This document shows, piece by piece, positions 11,330-22,973 of a DNA stretch of 64,000 bases. This DNA comes from an uncultured cyanobacterium. GTDB lineage: Bacteria > Cyanobacteriota > Cyanobacteriia > Cyanobacteriales > Microcystaceae. The notes beneath the pieces are model-generated. The model saw only the letters and a list, made by a program, of their open reading frames with translations, was not told the DNA's origin and searched no databases. The stretch is taken from assembly GCA_963807635.1 (NCBI GenBank), contig CAWEDJ010000042.1:1-64000 (forward strand). Reading direction: 5' to 3'. Position 1 is the first letter of the stretch. The number at the start of each line of letters is the position of its first letter. The translations under genes and the position numbers were made by a program.

Positions 11330-11890
11330 ATGAAAGACGAAGACTTCAAACAATTATTAAAGCGAGTTGAAAATCTTGAAAAACTTATTTCAGAAAAAAT
11401 CATAAATGAAAACATCAGTCGAGAACATCTTCTACAGGGAGAAGATATTTTCCCTATAAATTTTACTTATTATTCTTCAGATACGGTGAGATATTTGATT
11501 CTACCTTTGACATCTGATTTCAAAAAAGAGTTTGAAGACATTTTCCTTATAAGTTGTAATGCTCTTTTTGCACTACTCGCTCCTCACATGATAAGAGAAG
11601 CCACAGAGGACAATTTACATTCTATTATAAATGGACATATATTGGATAATCCCAGTAATTATAAAAATCATAAAGAACGAGAGAGATCCATAGGGAACAA
11701 GTTGGTTAAAACTGTTCGGATGGATTGGGGTTCGTTAACAAAAATAATAATACAATTTAAAGCCTTAAATTTAATAGAACAAAGCAAAAATAAGCGTAGT
11801 GTTACTGATGATAATACCTATTGGACTCTTACCAAATATGGTGATAATTTAATGATGCAGTTATGCTCTCTTAAAAAAAATAATGATTGA
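11330..11890 (+). CDS. Hypothetical protein resembling the C-terminal region of DUF4062 proteins
   Basis: IQFKALNLIEQS..KRSV.D..TYWTLTKYG; very AT-rich. Confidence 0.55.
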   Translation: MKDEDFKQLLKRVENLEKLISEKIINENISREHLLQGEDIFPINFTYYSSDTVRYLILPLTSDFKKEFEDIFLISCNALFALLAPHMIREATEDNLHSIINGHILDNPSNYKNHKERERSIGNKLVKTVRMDWGSLTKIIIQFKALNLIEQSKNKRSVTDDNTYWTLTKYGDNLMMQLCSLKKNND

Positions 11891-12149
11891 ACATAGAGGA
11901 AAATGTAATGAGTTTTGATAATCCAGATCCAAATGCTGACCCATCGGAACTACAGTTACCTTGACCGCGATCGCAGCGTTGGAAACGAAACAACCTGTTG
12001 AACGGGTCTGGAAATTACAAATGATGAGCCTTGCCAAGTTTCGCCGCTATGCCAAGAAAGCAGGTATTAAACACGCTAATCAATACTTTGTTATGAACCT
12101 ATAAAAATTGCAAGTGAGAGTTGGTATATCTCATCTTGCAACGTGATAT

Positions 12150-12578
12150 TTATTTTATTAAAATCTCCTTGAAAGTTACTGGCTTGACCTTATATTCTTC
12201 AGAAGATATTAATGCAGAAGCTTTTTGGATAACATCCTCTGGCTTAAGCTTATTCTCACTGATACTATCATAATTTTCTTCAATATACTCAAGAATATAT
12301 CCTTCAATATAAATTAAGTCTTTCAATGTTTCAGTTGAATAATAATTCCTTACTGTGTCATCTTTTTCGTTGGAAACTGAAGCCTTCAGAAATGATTCAA
12401 GTCTTTTTTTAATAGAGGCATACTCTTCATCAAAAAAGATAAGATAAATTTGGCGGTAAAATTTTGAGCCATCCCATTTCAAATCTTTTATTGACTCTTG
12501 TAATTTGGCTCCAATTATTTCTGACTCTTTACGGCATTCTTCCCAATTTGGCATAATCAACTTACCTTTATACTTCAC
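12150..12578 (-). CDS. Hypothetical protein
   Basis: 142-aa AT-rich ORF with no recognised motif. Confidence 0.55.
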   Translation of the reverse strand: MKYKGKLIMPNWEECRKESEIIGAKLQESIKDLKWDGSKFYRQIYLIFFDEEYASIKKRLESFLKASVSNEKDDTVRNYYSTETLKDLIYIEGYILEYIEENYDSISENKLKPEDVIQKASALISSEEYKVKPVTFKEILIK

Positions 12579-12659
12579 TGGAGAAACTGTAACATAATTT
12601 TAAGATTTAGGCTTTAACTTTAAAGTATTTTCCGTTCACTATGTCTATAAAAATATCTT

Positions 12660-12758
12660 AGGACTTGCGTAAAAAATCTTTTTCAGGACAGAAAACGCTA
12701 TAGATGGTGTTCTTCGATATATTTAAAGCTTCATAAAGCTAGGTTCTGCGTAAGTCCT
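12660..12758. mobile_element. MITE-like element of about 100 bp
   Basis: Inverted ends AGGACTTGCGTA / TGCGTAAGTCCT; no coding capacity. Confidence 0.55.
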
Positions 12759-12934
12759 GTAATTTTATAAATTTTGTCGAATTTCCCTGCGATCGCCGTC
12801 TTCCTGTTGATTAAACTTTAAAAACGCGATCGAACGATCAGTTTAGGTTACTGCGATCATTGGGGGTGACTATGTGCTGACTCAAGTGCGATCGCCTCTC
12901 TTGTAGGAAAAGTTACTCAACGTGACTTTTTGTT

Positions 12935-13162
12935 TCAAGGATGATAAGCCGTAATAACCAGACTTCTATCAGGACTATAAATTGTTTCAACACGACGGAA
13001 ACTGGGATGATTCCACCAAACTTTAATTCTATTTCCTTTCGCTAGAGCAGACCCGACAACCGTATAACCAGCATTGAACATCAATTGTTCAAAAACTTCT
13101 GCTGGTAAAATTTTAGATGAAATGGGAGAAAGACCATCAATTTGATGCTTATCTAGGGTCAT
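12935..13162 (-). CDS. Small hypothetical protein, possible RNase-type toxin
   Basis: 75 aa ending VITAYHP; overlaps the upstream ORF by 14 nt. Confidence 0.65.
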   Translation of the reverse strand: MTLDKHQIDGLSPISSKILPAEVFEQLMFNAGYTVVGSALAKGNRIKVWWNHPSFRRVETIYSPDRSLVITAYHP

Positions 13163-13400
13163 AACTCCCTTTATAGGTTGTAAAAATTCGATAACCAGTT
13201 AAAACTAAGCTGAAACCCGCAAAACTATGTATTTTTCCTGGATAACTCTCTTCTGCATCACTACCCCCCAATCGCAAACAAAAAGAACCTAACCAAATAT
13301 AAAATCCTGGAATCAATGTGTCCATAGAATAGGCAATATCCCTTAACTGAGGATTCACTTCCTCTGATGATCGACTTGTTTTGGGAACCTTCGTTTTCAT
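13149..13400 (-). CDS. Small hypothetical protein, possible partner or antitoxin
   Basis: 83 aa; AGAGG RBS-like sequence upstream; coupled to 12935-13162. Confidence 0.65.
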   Translation of the reverse strand: MKTKVPKTSRSSEEVNPQLRDIAYSMDTLIPGFYIWLGSFCLRLGGSDAEESYPGKIHSFAGFSLVLTGYRIFTTYKGSYDPR

Positions 13401-13559
13401 TATCGTAAACCTCTGCTTATCTAAAAACTATGATAACCTCATTTTCAGCTAGTGCAATCATTTTGGGTGCGTGCGATCACTTTCTCTGATGAAGTACGAT
13501 CGCCATCTTCCTGTTGATTAAACTTGAAAAACGCGATCGCACTCTAATTTTATTAAGAA

Positions 13560-13874
13560 TCAGGCAATTTGTTCAGAGATACGAGGCTGAATTCGTTGAA
13601 TAATCTCATCACGATTAGGTAACGTTTTTAGATCATAAATAGCTTGAAGATTAAGCCAGGAAGCAGCATCACCACCAAAATAGCGAGCTAATCTTTCCGC
13701 AGTATCAGCCGTAATGGAACGACGTTCTTTAACAATTTCGTGAATACGAGATACAGGAACATTTAAGGCTAAAGCTAAAGCATTCACGCTCATATTAAGA
13801 GGAACAAGAAAGTCTTCTCGTAGGATCTCGCCTGGATGAACGGGACGCATTTGATTAATGGGGCGGTTAGTCAT
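13560..13874 (-). CDS. higA: HigA antitoxin
   Basis: PVHPGEILREDFL, ITADTA.RL..YFG, WLNLQ..YDL. Confidence 0.93.
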   Translation of the reverse strand: MTNRPINQMRPVHPGEILREDFLVPLNMSVNALALALNVPVSRIHEIVKERRSITADTAERLARYFGGDAASWLNLQAIYDLKTLPNRDEIIQRIQPRISEQIA

Positions 13875-13880
13875 AGTTAT

Positions 13881-14168
13881 TTACGAGTGATAATCAACAA
13901 TTTCAACATCAACAGGGCCATTATTTGTCCAGCTAAAACATAATCGAAACTGGGAATTAATCCGAATACTATATTGTCCTTTTCTGTCGCCTTTTAATGC
14001 TTCCAGTTGATTGCCTGGTGGAGAACGCAAAAATTCTAAGGTTTTAGCTGCATCCAATTGAGTCAACTTCCGAATCGCACTATCCTTGAAAGCACAAAAA
14101 CGAGATGGATCGCCTCCTTCAAACAGCGATCGCGTATGTTTACATCGAAAAGATTGAATCATATTCAA
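13881..14168 (-). CDS. higB: HigB toxin
   Basis: PPGNQLEALKGDRKGQYSIRINSQFRLCF...EIVDYH. Confidence 0.93.
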   Translation of the reverse strand: MNMIQSFRCKHTRSLFEGGDPSRFCAFKDSAIRKLTQLDAAKTLEFLRSPPGNQLEALKGDRKGQYSIRINSQFRLCFSWTNNGPVDVEIVDYHS

Positions 14169-14226
14169 ATGCTATTCTGTTTTGCGTAATACGTCAATAA
14201 AGGGAATAAACCGCGATCGCTTTTTT

Positions 14227-15436
14227 TTATTTAAAATTCCAACACTCCTCCGCGATCGCCCAATCCTCTTCTGTATGAATCACTAAAACCCAAATCAAAG
14301 AATCAGTTGTAGAAATATCTTGATTAATGGGAGATTGAGCATTTTTTTGAGGATCTAACTTTAATCCTAAAAAAGCAAATCCCTCACAAACTTTTTCCCG
14401 TACAATTGCCGAATTTTCTCCCACTCCTGCCGTAAAAACTAATCCATCTAATCCACCCAAAGAAGCTAACATCTGTCCTAAACAAGCCCTAAAACGATGA
14501 ATATACATTTCAAATGCTAATTTTGCCTGTTCATTTCCCTCCTGCATTGCCTGTAAAATACTCCGCAGATCAGCAGACATTTGCGAAACACCTTTAAGTC
14601 CTGATTCTTTATTTAATAAATGATTTAATTGATCAGCGTTGAATCCCTGTTCTCTCATCAAATAAATTAAAATCGCGGGATCAATAGAACCACTACGTTC
14701 TCCCATCATTAAACCTTCTAAGGGAGTAAAGCCCATTGTGGTATCCATACTGATTCCATTTTTAATAGCTGTTAAAGATGCACCATTACCGATGTGACAA
14801 GTAATTAATTTGAGAGAATCTAAGGGCTGATTTAGCAATTTAGCTGCTTTTTGAGCGCAATATTTATGGCTCGTTCCATGAAATCCATAGCGACGAATGC
14901 CTTTTTTAGTCCACTCGTAGGGAATAGGATAAAATGCCGCTTCGGGAGGAATTGTTGTATGAAAAGCCGTATCAAAAACTGCGATTTGGGGTGTATTTTT
15001 CAACAAACTTTCAATCGTCTCAATACCTTCTAAATGGGCAGGATTGTGAGATGGAGCGAGAGGAATCAGATCCCTAATCACCGTCTTTACCTCATCTGTA
15101 ATGAGAGTCGCCTGAGAATAATTGGTTCCGCCATGCACGACCCAATCGCCAACCATATCAATTTCTGTCAGACTGCTTAAAACCTGGGTTTCTCCTGTTT
15201 GCAAAGTATTGAGCATTTGAGCAATCCCTAATCGGCGAATCGCTGTTGGCTAATTCAATTTTCTGTTTAATGCCGTTCGCTTTGACGGTTAACACTCCTT
15301 TTTCTGCTAAAACCGTCCAATCAATCATCGCTTCCCAAATTGGTTCAGGGGGATTCGTGGGCAAATTATCTTCTGGTAAATCGTAGAGACAACTTTTTTG
15401 GCTACTGGAACCAGCATTTAAAACGAGAATTTTCAT
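14227..15436 (-). CDS. ackA: Acetate kinase (apparent extra base near 15238)
   Basis: ILVLNAGSSS, VFDTAFH, YGFHGTSH, MGFTPLEG, FTAGVGEN. Confidence 0.95.
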
Positions 15437-15714
15437 GATGCGATCGCTAATCTTTGTAATTGACCCAGATACTCAATAAACTAACCTTAATTCTGATACA
15501 AACTTATCCAATATTCAATTTAAGAACAGATTATCCCTGGGAGAACGCCCGAAAAAACTCGCTTTACCCGCAAGAATAGCGCAGAGAGATAGGACAGCTT
15601 AGGGTTTTAAGTTACAATAGGTACTTGGACAAAATACACCAGACCACTCCCTCGCGGAAAAATCTATGATTTTGTTGCAAACAGCCAATCCTTGAAATAA
15701 CGGACATTAACGCG

Positions 15715-16380
15715 GTGCAAAGTTCCTACTACGGAGATTCAGCCTTTCGTACCCCACCCCCTGACCTTGAATCTCTCTTACTCAAAGAGCGGATTGTTTA
15801 TTTGGGAATGCCTTTGTTTTCTTCCGATGAAGTAAAACAACAAGTGGGAATGGATGTGACGCAATTGATTATCGCTCAACTCCTTTTCCTCCAATTCGAC
15901 GACCCCGATAAACCCATTTTCTTCTATATCAACTCGACGGGAACCTCTTGGTACACAGGAGACGCGATCGGCTTTGAAACCGAAGCCTTTGCTATTTGTG
16001 ACACCATTAATTACATTAAACCCCCAGTCCATACCATTTGTATTGGTCAGGCAATGGGAACCGCCGCCATGATTTTATCAGCAGGAACCAAGGGTTTTCG
16101 GGCGAGTCTTCCCCATACGACCATTATCCTCAACCAAAATCGGACGGGTGCTAGAGGCCAAGCAACGGATATTCAAATTCGGGCCAAAGAGGTATTGGAT
16201 AATAAACGTACTATGTTGGAAATTTTTGCTAAAAATACGGGTCAAACCGTCGAAAAAATTGCCAAGGATCTAGACCGAACTTTTTATCTCACCCCAGAAC
16301 AGGCTAAAGAATACGGCTTGATCGATAAGGTGCTAGAAAGTCGTAAAGATCTCCCCAAAGCCCTAGCCGCCGTCGGTTAA
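15715..16380 (+). CDS. clpR: ClpR, non-catalytic Clp protease subunit
   Basis: RTPPPDLESLLLKERIVYLG; GQAMGTAA lacks the catalytic Ser. Confidence 0.9.
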   Translation: MQSSYYGDSAFRTPPPDLESLLLKERIVYLGMPLFSSDEVKQQVGMDVTQLIIAQLLFLQFDDPDKPIFFYINSTGTSWYTGDAIGFETEAFAICDTINYIKPPVHTICIGQAMGTAAMILSAGTKGFRASLPHTTIILNQNRTGARGQATDIQIRAKEVLDNKRTMLEIFAKNTGQTVEKIAKDLDRTFYLTPEQAKEYGLIDKVLESRKDLPKALAAVG

Positions 16381-16438
16381 TGGGAATTAATCTCCCACTT
16401 TGTTTGACTGTTAACCCTTAATTTTTAACCTAATCGCT

Positions 16439-17044
16439 ATGCCTATCGGTGTTCCTAGTGTGCCTTACCGTCTTCCTGGAAGCCAGTACGAGCGTTGGAT
16501 TGATATCTATACTCGCCTGAGCCAGGAACGTATCATTTTCCTCGGTCAAGAAGTCACCGATGGACTCGCTAATCGTATTGTGGCTTTTTTGCTCTATTTG
16601 GATGCAGAAGATCCCAGTAAACCGATTTATTTGTATATTAATTCTCCTGGCGGCTCTGTCACCGCAGGCATGGCCATCTACGACACCATGCAGTACATTA
16701 AATCGGAGGTCGTCACGATTTGTGTGGGGTTAGCGGCCTCTATGGGAGCCTTTTTGTTGGCATCAGGAACTTCTGGTAAACGCCTAGCTCTTCCCCATGC
16801 TCGAATCATGATTCACCAACCGTTGGGCGGAACGGGAAGACGACAAGCGACGGATATTGATATTGAAGCCAAGGAAATTCTCCGTATTCGTCATCAGTTG
16901 AATGGCATTATGGCTGAACGTTCTGGCCAGACCATCGAAAAAATCGCCAAGGATACAGACCGCGATTATTATATGTCTGCGGCGGAAGCTGTGGAATACG
17001 GACTCATTGATAAGGTGATTGAAGATCGTTCTGCTACTGTTTAG
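16439..17044 (+). CDS. clpP: ATP-dependent Clp protease proteolytic subunit (ClpP3-type, downstream of clpR)
   Basis: [28 protein letters not shown]. Confidence 0.96.
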   Translation: MPIGVPSVPYRLPGSQYERWIDIYTRLSQERIIFLGQEVTDGLANRIVAFLLYLDAEDPSKPIYLYINSPGGSVTAGMAIYDTMQYIKSEVVTICVGLAASMGAFLLASGTSGKRLALPHARIMIHQPLGGTGRRQATDIDIEAKEILRIRHQLNGIMAERSGQTIEKIAKDTDRDYYMSAAEAVEYGLIDKVIEDRSATV

Positions 17045-17084
17045 AAGGACAGGGGGATAAATTATTTCCCCCATTCCCTGAACC

Positions 17085-19280
17085 CTAACCCAACAATTGC
17101 AAAGCGCGATCGCGTAGAGCCTCAGAGGTTAAACCATTGAAAGCCATCAATTGACCCGCCGTAGCCGTTGTTTCGCCCCGCTTCCAAGCAAAAATATCCC
17201 GCTTGGCATTAGACCGCAACATCAGAGGTTCTAATAAGGCACTACCGCCACCGATGACCCCAATTAAAGCATCACCCCCAAAAAGACGTTCAAAGCCTGC
17301 ATCATCCAAAAAATGACCATCCGCTTCCTTGCAAGTTTCCCATAGAACATCCTGGGACGATAAAGCCGACGGGGATTAATTACCGAGACAATCTTAACGC
17401 CAAATCCCTCTGCTTCAAGTTGGTTTGCCGCTTCAAAAACGGGCATTAAAGTCATGTCGCCAATTACCGCAAAAACGACTGTTTTCGAGCCTTCCGTTTC
17501 GTGTAAAACCATACCGCCATCTTCTAAACCTTGACGGTTTTGTTCAAAAGTTGTGCGGATCGGTAGAGGGGATTTACTCGCCGTAATCGTGATCCCTTTA
17601 TTCTTCGTTTGCAAAGCCCATTCGTAGCAAACCTGAATCCCATTCGCATCACAGGGAAACACAGGGAAAATATTACCGTTTCGCATCATGGCCGCAAAAT
17701 AATTCTCAATTTCAGGGCGTTGATGAGTCCAACCATTACGACCTTGCTCCAAAGCTCCCGCCGTAAAGAGGGTAATGGTCGAAGGAGTCGGACGGCGTAA
17801 TTCCGTCATGGCTTGGGTGACCGTCTGCCAAATTGGTAGCCCATTAATGGCAAAGGATTCGTAGGAACACCACAAACTTCTGGCTCCAAATAGGGACAAA
17901 CCAACCGCTAAACCTGCACAAGCATCTTCGCTCAGGGGTTCATAAACCTGACCGCTCGGCCCTTGGAAGTAGGTATCATCAACGGTGGGATGGACAATTT
18001 TTAAACCGATATTGATGTTATTAATGCCCGAAGCGGCGTTTCCATCGGCATTGGTTACGACAAAATTGGGATCTTTTTTACCCACATGAACCACTAATTC
18101 CCCCATCACGGTGGTGGCAACTTTTTTCTCGCCTATGGGGAATTCGGTAAGCGGTAATTGGCCCAAATCTGCTAGGGGTAATTCGGTTTCAGTGACGACT
18201 TGACGGGAAGCAGGTGCCGCCACCTGATCGTTCAAAATTGGTACGAACTAATTGCCAAGCTTCGGGAGATAACGCCCGTTCTTTTAAGGCACTGACAATA
18301 TAATCTTTTTCTAAACTGTCACCTGGATATAAATTATGGGATTGCGCGCCCCGTTTATGGACTCCTGAACCCTTGAGTTGTTTCACGATTAAAACAGTCA
18401 GGGTTCCGCCTAAAGCTGATTTTGCCGCTTGATCGGTGGCTTCTAAAATGGCTTGGGTAAATTCGAGACGTTTGGCAAAGGAAAATTGGGTACTATCAAC
18501 ATATTCCCCTGGTTGATTCGCGTCATCAAAATCCTTGGCGTTGACGAGGATCACCTTTTGGAAACCGTTACCCTGCCAATAGTTGATCATCTCGGCATTG
18601 GATTTGGTGGAGACCATGCTGTGATGTTCTTGACTGTAGCCATTCCAGACTAAAATCGGTAAAAAGTTGGTAATTTGGGGATAAGCGGTGTGAAAATGTC
18701 CAAAACTACTCATGATGTAGGGTTCGCCCAATCCGCCATCGCCGATGGTAACGGGAAATAATGTGCCAGAATGCAATTTCGCGCCTGCCATTGCAAAGTG
18801 TTGTCCCTGACCCAAAGGCCCCGCAGGCCCCAGTAGTCCTGGAATTTGTCCTGATAAATGCCCTAATAGACCGTGCATTTCCCGAAAACGATCGCCTAAT
18901 TGCTGAACCGTATGAATGCCCATGTCTTCTAGGGAGCGGTCTAGAAACATATTGCTATAGAAGCCAGGGGCATGATGTCCCACTTCTGTTACGGTATTTT
19001 TGTAGCCCAACATGACCAAAGACGCGATCGCATCAGCAATACTGGCAAAACCCCCAGGATGGCCTGATTCCTTGCTGGCAGTGGTTTGTAGGGTCAGATA
19101 ACGCAGGGCATCGGCGGCCAAGAGGGTCTGATATACCGCACTAGGGTCACTAGCAGAGGCGATCGCGGTATTTTTTTCTGTAATGACAGCTTCTTTTCCA
19201 TAGCGGTCAAAATCGGGTAAGGATTGACCAAAGGACTGAATTCCTTGGCAAAAGGCGGGGATGCACGCTTCAACGGTCAT
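17085..19280 (-). CDS. Phosphoketolase/transketolase-like ThDP enzyme (two apparent frameshifts)
   Basis: SGHPGG, GPLGQG, IGDGG...WNGY, SYESFA, RNGWTHQ spread over three consecutive ORFs. Confidence 0.85.
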
Positions 19281-19524
19281 AGGGTTTTAGATTCCTGTCA
19301 ACAAATAGGGATATTAATTAAATCTTACTCCTTTGTGTACAGGGACTTAAATCTATCAATAACTTATTTGTCATAGATAAAAGAGAATGAATAAATGGTA
19401 ATGATGCGATTGCGGTCAATTCCAGTCCATTGTCTATAAAAAAGAAGAATTTTTCTGGTCAACGAGGTTTGTTAGCGAGAAGTAATCCTGTCAAGATTAA
19501 AACGGATTTACAGATGCTCAACCA

Positions 19525-19740
19525 TTAACCGCCGCCCACGATGGTAACAATTTCTAGGCGATCGCCGTTTTGCAGTTGGGTTGTTTCCCAATATTGTCGA
19601 TGCAAAATTTCTCCGTTGTATTCTACTGCAATGAGACGGGGATTGAGTCCTAATTGAGTTAAAAATTCAGGTAACGTCGTTTCAGGGGAACAGGTTTGGC
19701 GATCGCCGTTGACAGTAATGAGATAGGAGGAATCAATCAT
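19525..19740 (-). CDS. thiS: Sulfur carrier protein ThiS
   Basis: IAVEYNGEI...GDRLEIVTIVGGG. Confidence 0.95.
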   Translation of the reverse strand: MIDSSYLITVNGDRQTCSPETTLPEFLTQLGLNPRLIAVEYNGEILHRQYWETTQLQNGDRLEIVTIVGGG

Positions 19741-19777
19741 GATGAATGGGCAAATAATAGACTGTTTGAAAATTTCA

Positions 19778-22391
19778 CTACATCCAATCGCCGACCAAAA
19801 TATAGGGAGCCCAATAAAAAGGATGTTGATACCATTTATCCCCTAAAAGCGCGAGTTGAGCTTGTCGGAGAGCTTCGGCCTTAGTCACTTTTTGGTTAGC
19901 TAATTGTTGATATAATTCTCCCATTAATTTTGAGGTTGCTTGATCATTGACTGACCAAAGGGTGGCGATCGGTACTTCTTGCCCCAGACCGCACCGCCAT
20001 CCCCGCCAACCCTAATGCGGCTCGTTCATCCCCTGCGGCAGTTTCACAGGCACTCAGCACCAACAGATCAACTCCCCTATCTCCAGTGGGGTTACTGGAT
20101 TTTAAAAGATTAGCCAACTGATTAATATCTAATAATTCATTCCAGGTGGCAATAAACGTATCCTGTAATTGAGAACTAAAGCGGCCATGGGTAGCTAAAT
20201 GGACAATGGGAAAGGATTGATAGGTGAGGGATTTTTCGAGGGCATCGGGGGTAAACGCCTCATTGAGTAGGATTGCACTAGGCATTTGGGACTGAATTGC
20301 TTTTAATTCTTGCTTAACGTAGGTTAGGGGAGTAAAGCCTAGTTTTTCAGAATTTTCACTAATGCCAGCAAACAGGGTTTGGGTGAGGCTTGGGGAATCT
20401 TTCTGGGGGCTTAAGAGTTTTAAGCCTGGCGTGAGGCTGACGCGATATTTTTCGATCAAATATTGTTTGCCGTCGTGGAGAGTGGCCATGGGAATATTTT
20501 TCAAGGGGCCATCTAAGACAAAAACCAAGGTTTTTAGATTTTTTTGAGCTAAAAAGTCTTTTTCTAGGGGACGCAGTAACCAGTTATAAATTTTTTGGGA
20601 CGGCGCGAAAAAGTCCCGACGACTACGAATGACCAGGCTATAGCGCAAATCCGCGATCGCTGTTTGTAATTGTTCTGGCTCTAGGGGGGTATTAAAAACC
20701 TGGAGGGGTTGCTTGGGCAAACTGAGAATAACGGCTAGGCGATCGGGCAGAATAATCGGGTAAATCGCCGCCGCATCGGGGTCTAATTCATCAATATCTG
20801 AGGATTCAGTAGTTAAACAGACGGCCCGAAAAAAGTTATTTAGTTCTTCTACCTGTAAAGATTCGATTTGTTCCCGTGCTTGCTCTAGGTCAGCTTGACT
20901 GATTTCTCCTTGGGAATTGGGCGACAGTAACAAGCTAATAAACTGACGATAAACCAAATCCACATCTTGTTGAAAGGTAAAACGAAATTCCGAGTTGGCA
21001 GTGAGATCCTGGCTTAGGGGTTGCAGAGTCGCGACGGCTCCGATATAGGCCGAAATAGCTGGTTCCCGTTGGGACTGCTGGGCCAAGATTCGCCCTAATT
21101 GCCATTGCCAGAGATAGGTTAATTCTGGAATATTTAACCCTTGGGAAGCTTGCAGTGCTTTTTCGGTCAACTTCTGCGCGATCGCCCATTGTTGGGTTTG
21201 TTCATAGATTTTTCCTAAATTGCCTTGGGCATAGATTTCTCCCCGTTGATCTCCCAATAATTGAGCATTTTTTTGAGCTTGGGCTAATCTGGCGGCGATC
21301 GCTTCCCAGGAGAGCAGGGGAGATATTTGATCGCTTTTTTGCTTTAAATTTAAATCGGTTAACCGTTGGGCAAAATTAATTTGGGAATAGATTTGTTGAT
21401 GGCTGAGGGGAAGTTGACTTAGGGTTTGATCAATCGTCGGTAACAGGGCGATCGCGGCAGGCCAATCTTTTTTATCGATCAATAATTTTAATTGAGCAAG
21501 TTGGGCCTTACCTTGTAACAGTCGAGAAACGGGAGGATTGGCGGACTGGATGTACCACGAAAGAGCTAATTCATTTTCTCCACTCGCTTCGAGAGTACGA
21601 CCCAGACTAAAGGCGATCGCATTTTTTTGAGATGGATCAGGTAAATGGGTCAAAATTGCTTCTAAAACCGTTTGGGAACCCCCTAACTGTCCTAGATTAC
21701 GCAGAGTATCGCCCAAAGTCAACCAAGCTTCAACTTGTAACGGGCTGAGGGTTTTCGGTAATTGGCTCAGGGATTGGGTTAATTGTTCAAAGCTTAATTG
21801 CTGACAGCTCAAGCCAGGTAAATTCAACGCATTTAGCATTTGTTGACAGGCACGAGGATAGAATCCCAAAACCCGTAACGCCCTAGCCTGATTAATTTTT
21901 CCGCGAAATTCTCCTTCTGTGTCTTTTAACTGCTGAAATAGTAAAGTCGCTTTTTGCCAGCTTTTTAGAGCTTCTTCCGTCTGCCCTTTGGCGAGTTGTA
22001 AAGTTCCCAGGGTATTGAGGGACTCAGCCCAAACGTTTTTTGCCTTAGCATCATTTTCGACTAATTCCAAACTAGACGCGATCGCCTTTTCTGCTTTTTG
22101 CCAGTCTCCCTGCTGTTGGTAAGCCAGAGCCAGATAACTTAAAATTTTCGCCTGATTAACGGTTTTCCCCTGTTGTTGATAATTTTGGGCAATGCTTTTC
22201 CAGAGCGCGATCGCCTTTTCTACATGACCCTGTTGATACTGAGTTTTTGCTGTTTGTTCCGTTTCCGTGACAATATTTTCAACAGGAGCAGTCTGGGCAA
22301 CGGTGGGTAAATTTTGCTCAAAAGACAATCCTAGACTCAGCAAAAAAGTCAGAACGGCAATGAGACACAGGGAAACAGCACGAAATTTCAT
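19778..22391 (-). CDS. Signal-peptide TPR + CHAT domain protein (apparent extra base near 19971)
   Basis: VHLATHG, LVLSACET; corrected frame gives TLWSVND...HPFYWAPYILVGDWM*. Confidence 0.9.
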
Positions 22392-22681
22392 CTTTCAATA
22401 AAAAGCATCCAACGCCTCAAATAATACTCGCTAAATCCTTAAATCGCGATCGCAGAGAGTCAATTGTCGATTTTGATATTAAAAATAATTTAAAATTTTA
22501 TTAGATAACCTATGCTAAAAATTATCCAATTAGCAACAAATACGATTATCTAAAAGTGCATTATTTTTGATTGATCAATAATTTTTAAGCCGAGAAAAAG
22601 GGGAATAAAAACTGTTTATTAGATGTCAATAAAATCCTTGAATCATGACAACAATCCCCTATCGACTCAGCTTAATTAACC

Positions 22682-22885
22682 TTAACCAATTTTTTCTTTG
22701 ATAGAATCTAAAACACCTTTTGCCTTATCCTTAAGGTCTTCTGCGGTTTGCATCGCGGCCGCTTCGACTTGCTTGGCTTGACCTTCGACCTTCATTTTAG
22801 TGTCTCCAGTCAATTCTCCAGCGGCCGCTTCGATTTTGCCTTCTACACTTTTGGCAGTGGCTTTAATTTTATCTTCGATACTCAT
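22682..22885 (-). CDS. csbD: CsbD-family stress protein
   Basis: EGKIEAAAGELTGD..MKVEGQAKQ. Confidence 0.88.
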   Translation of the reverse strand: MSIEDKIKATAKSVEGKIEAAAGELTGDTKMKVEGQAKQVEAAAMQTAEDLKDKAKGVLDSIKEKIG

Positions 22886-22973
22886 AGATAGATTTTCTCC
22901 AAAAAATTGATTTTAAATGATTTTAGCCTAGCTTCGATGAAAAATCAATACAAATAAACTCAGATACCAGAGC

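Larger units (their letters stand above)
12790..13539. repeat. 43-bp direct repeat pair (12790-12832 and 13497-13539)
   Basis: CGATCGCCRTCTTCCTGTTGATTAAACTTKAAAAACGCGATCG, 2 mismatches between copies. Confidence 0.9.

Noticed and set aside
15700..15717. Possible ACG start for clpR
   Set aside because: It cannot be separated from a miscalled ATG or use of the GTG at 15715.
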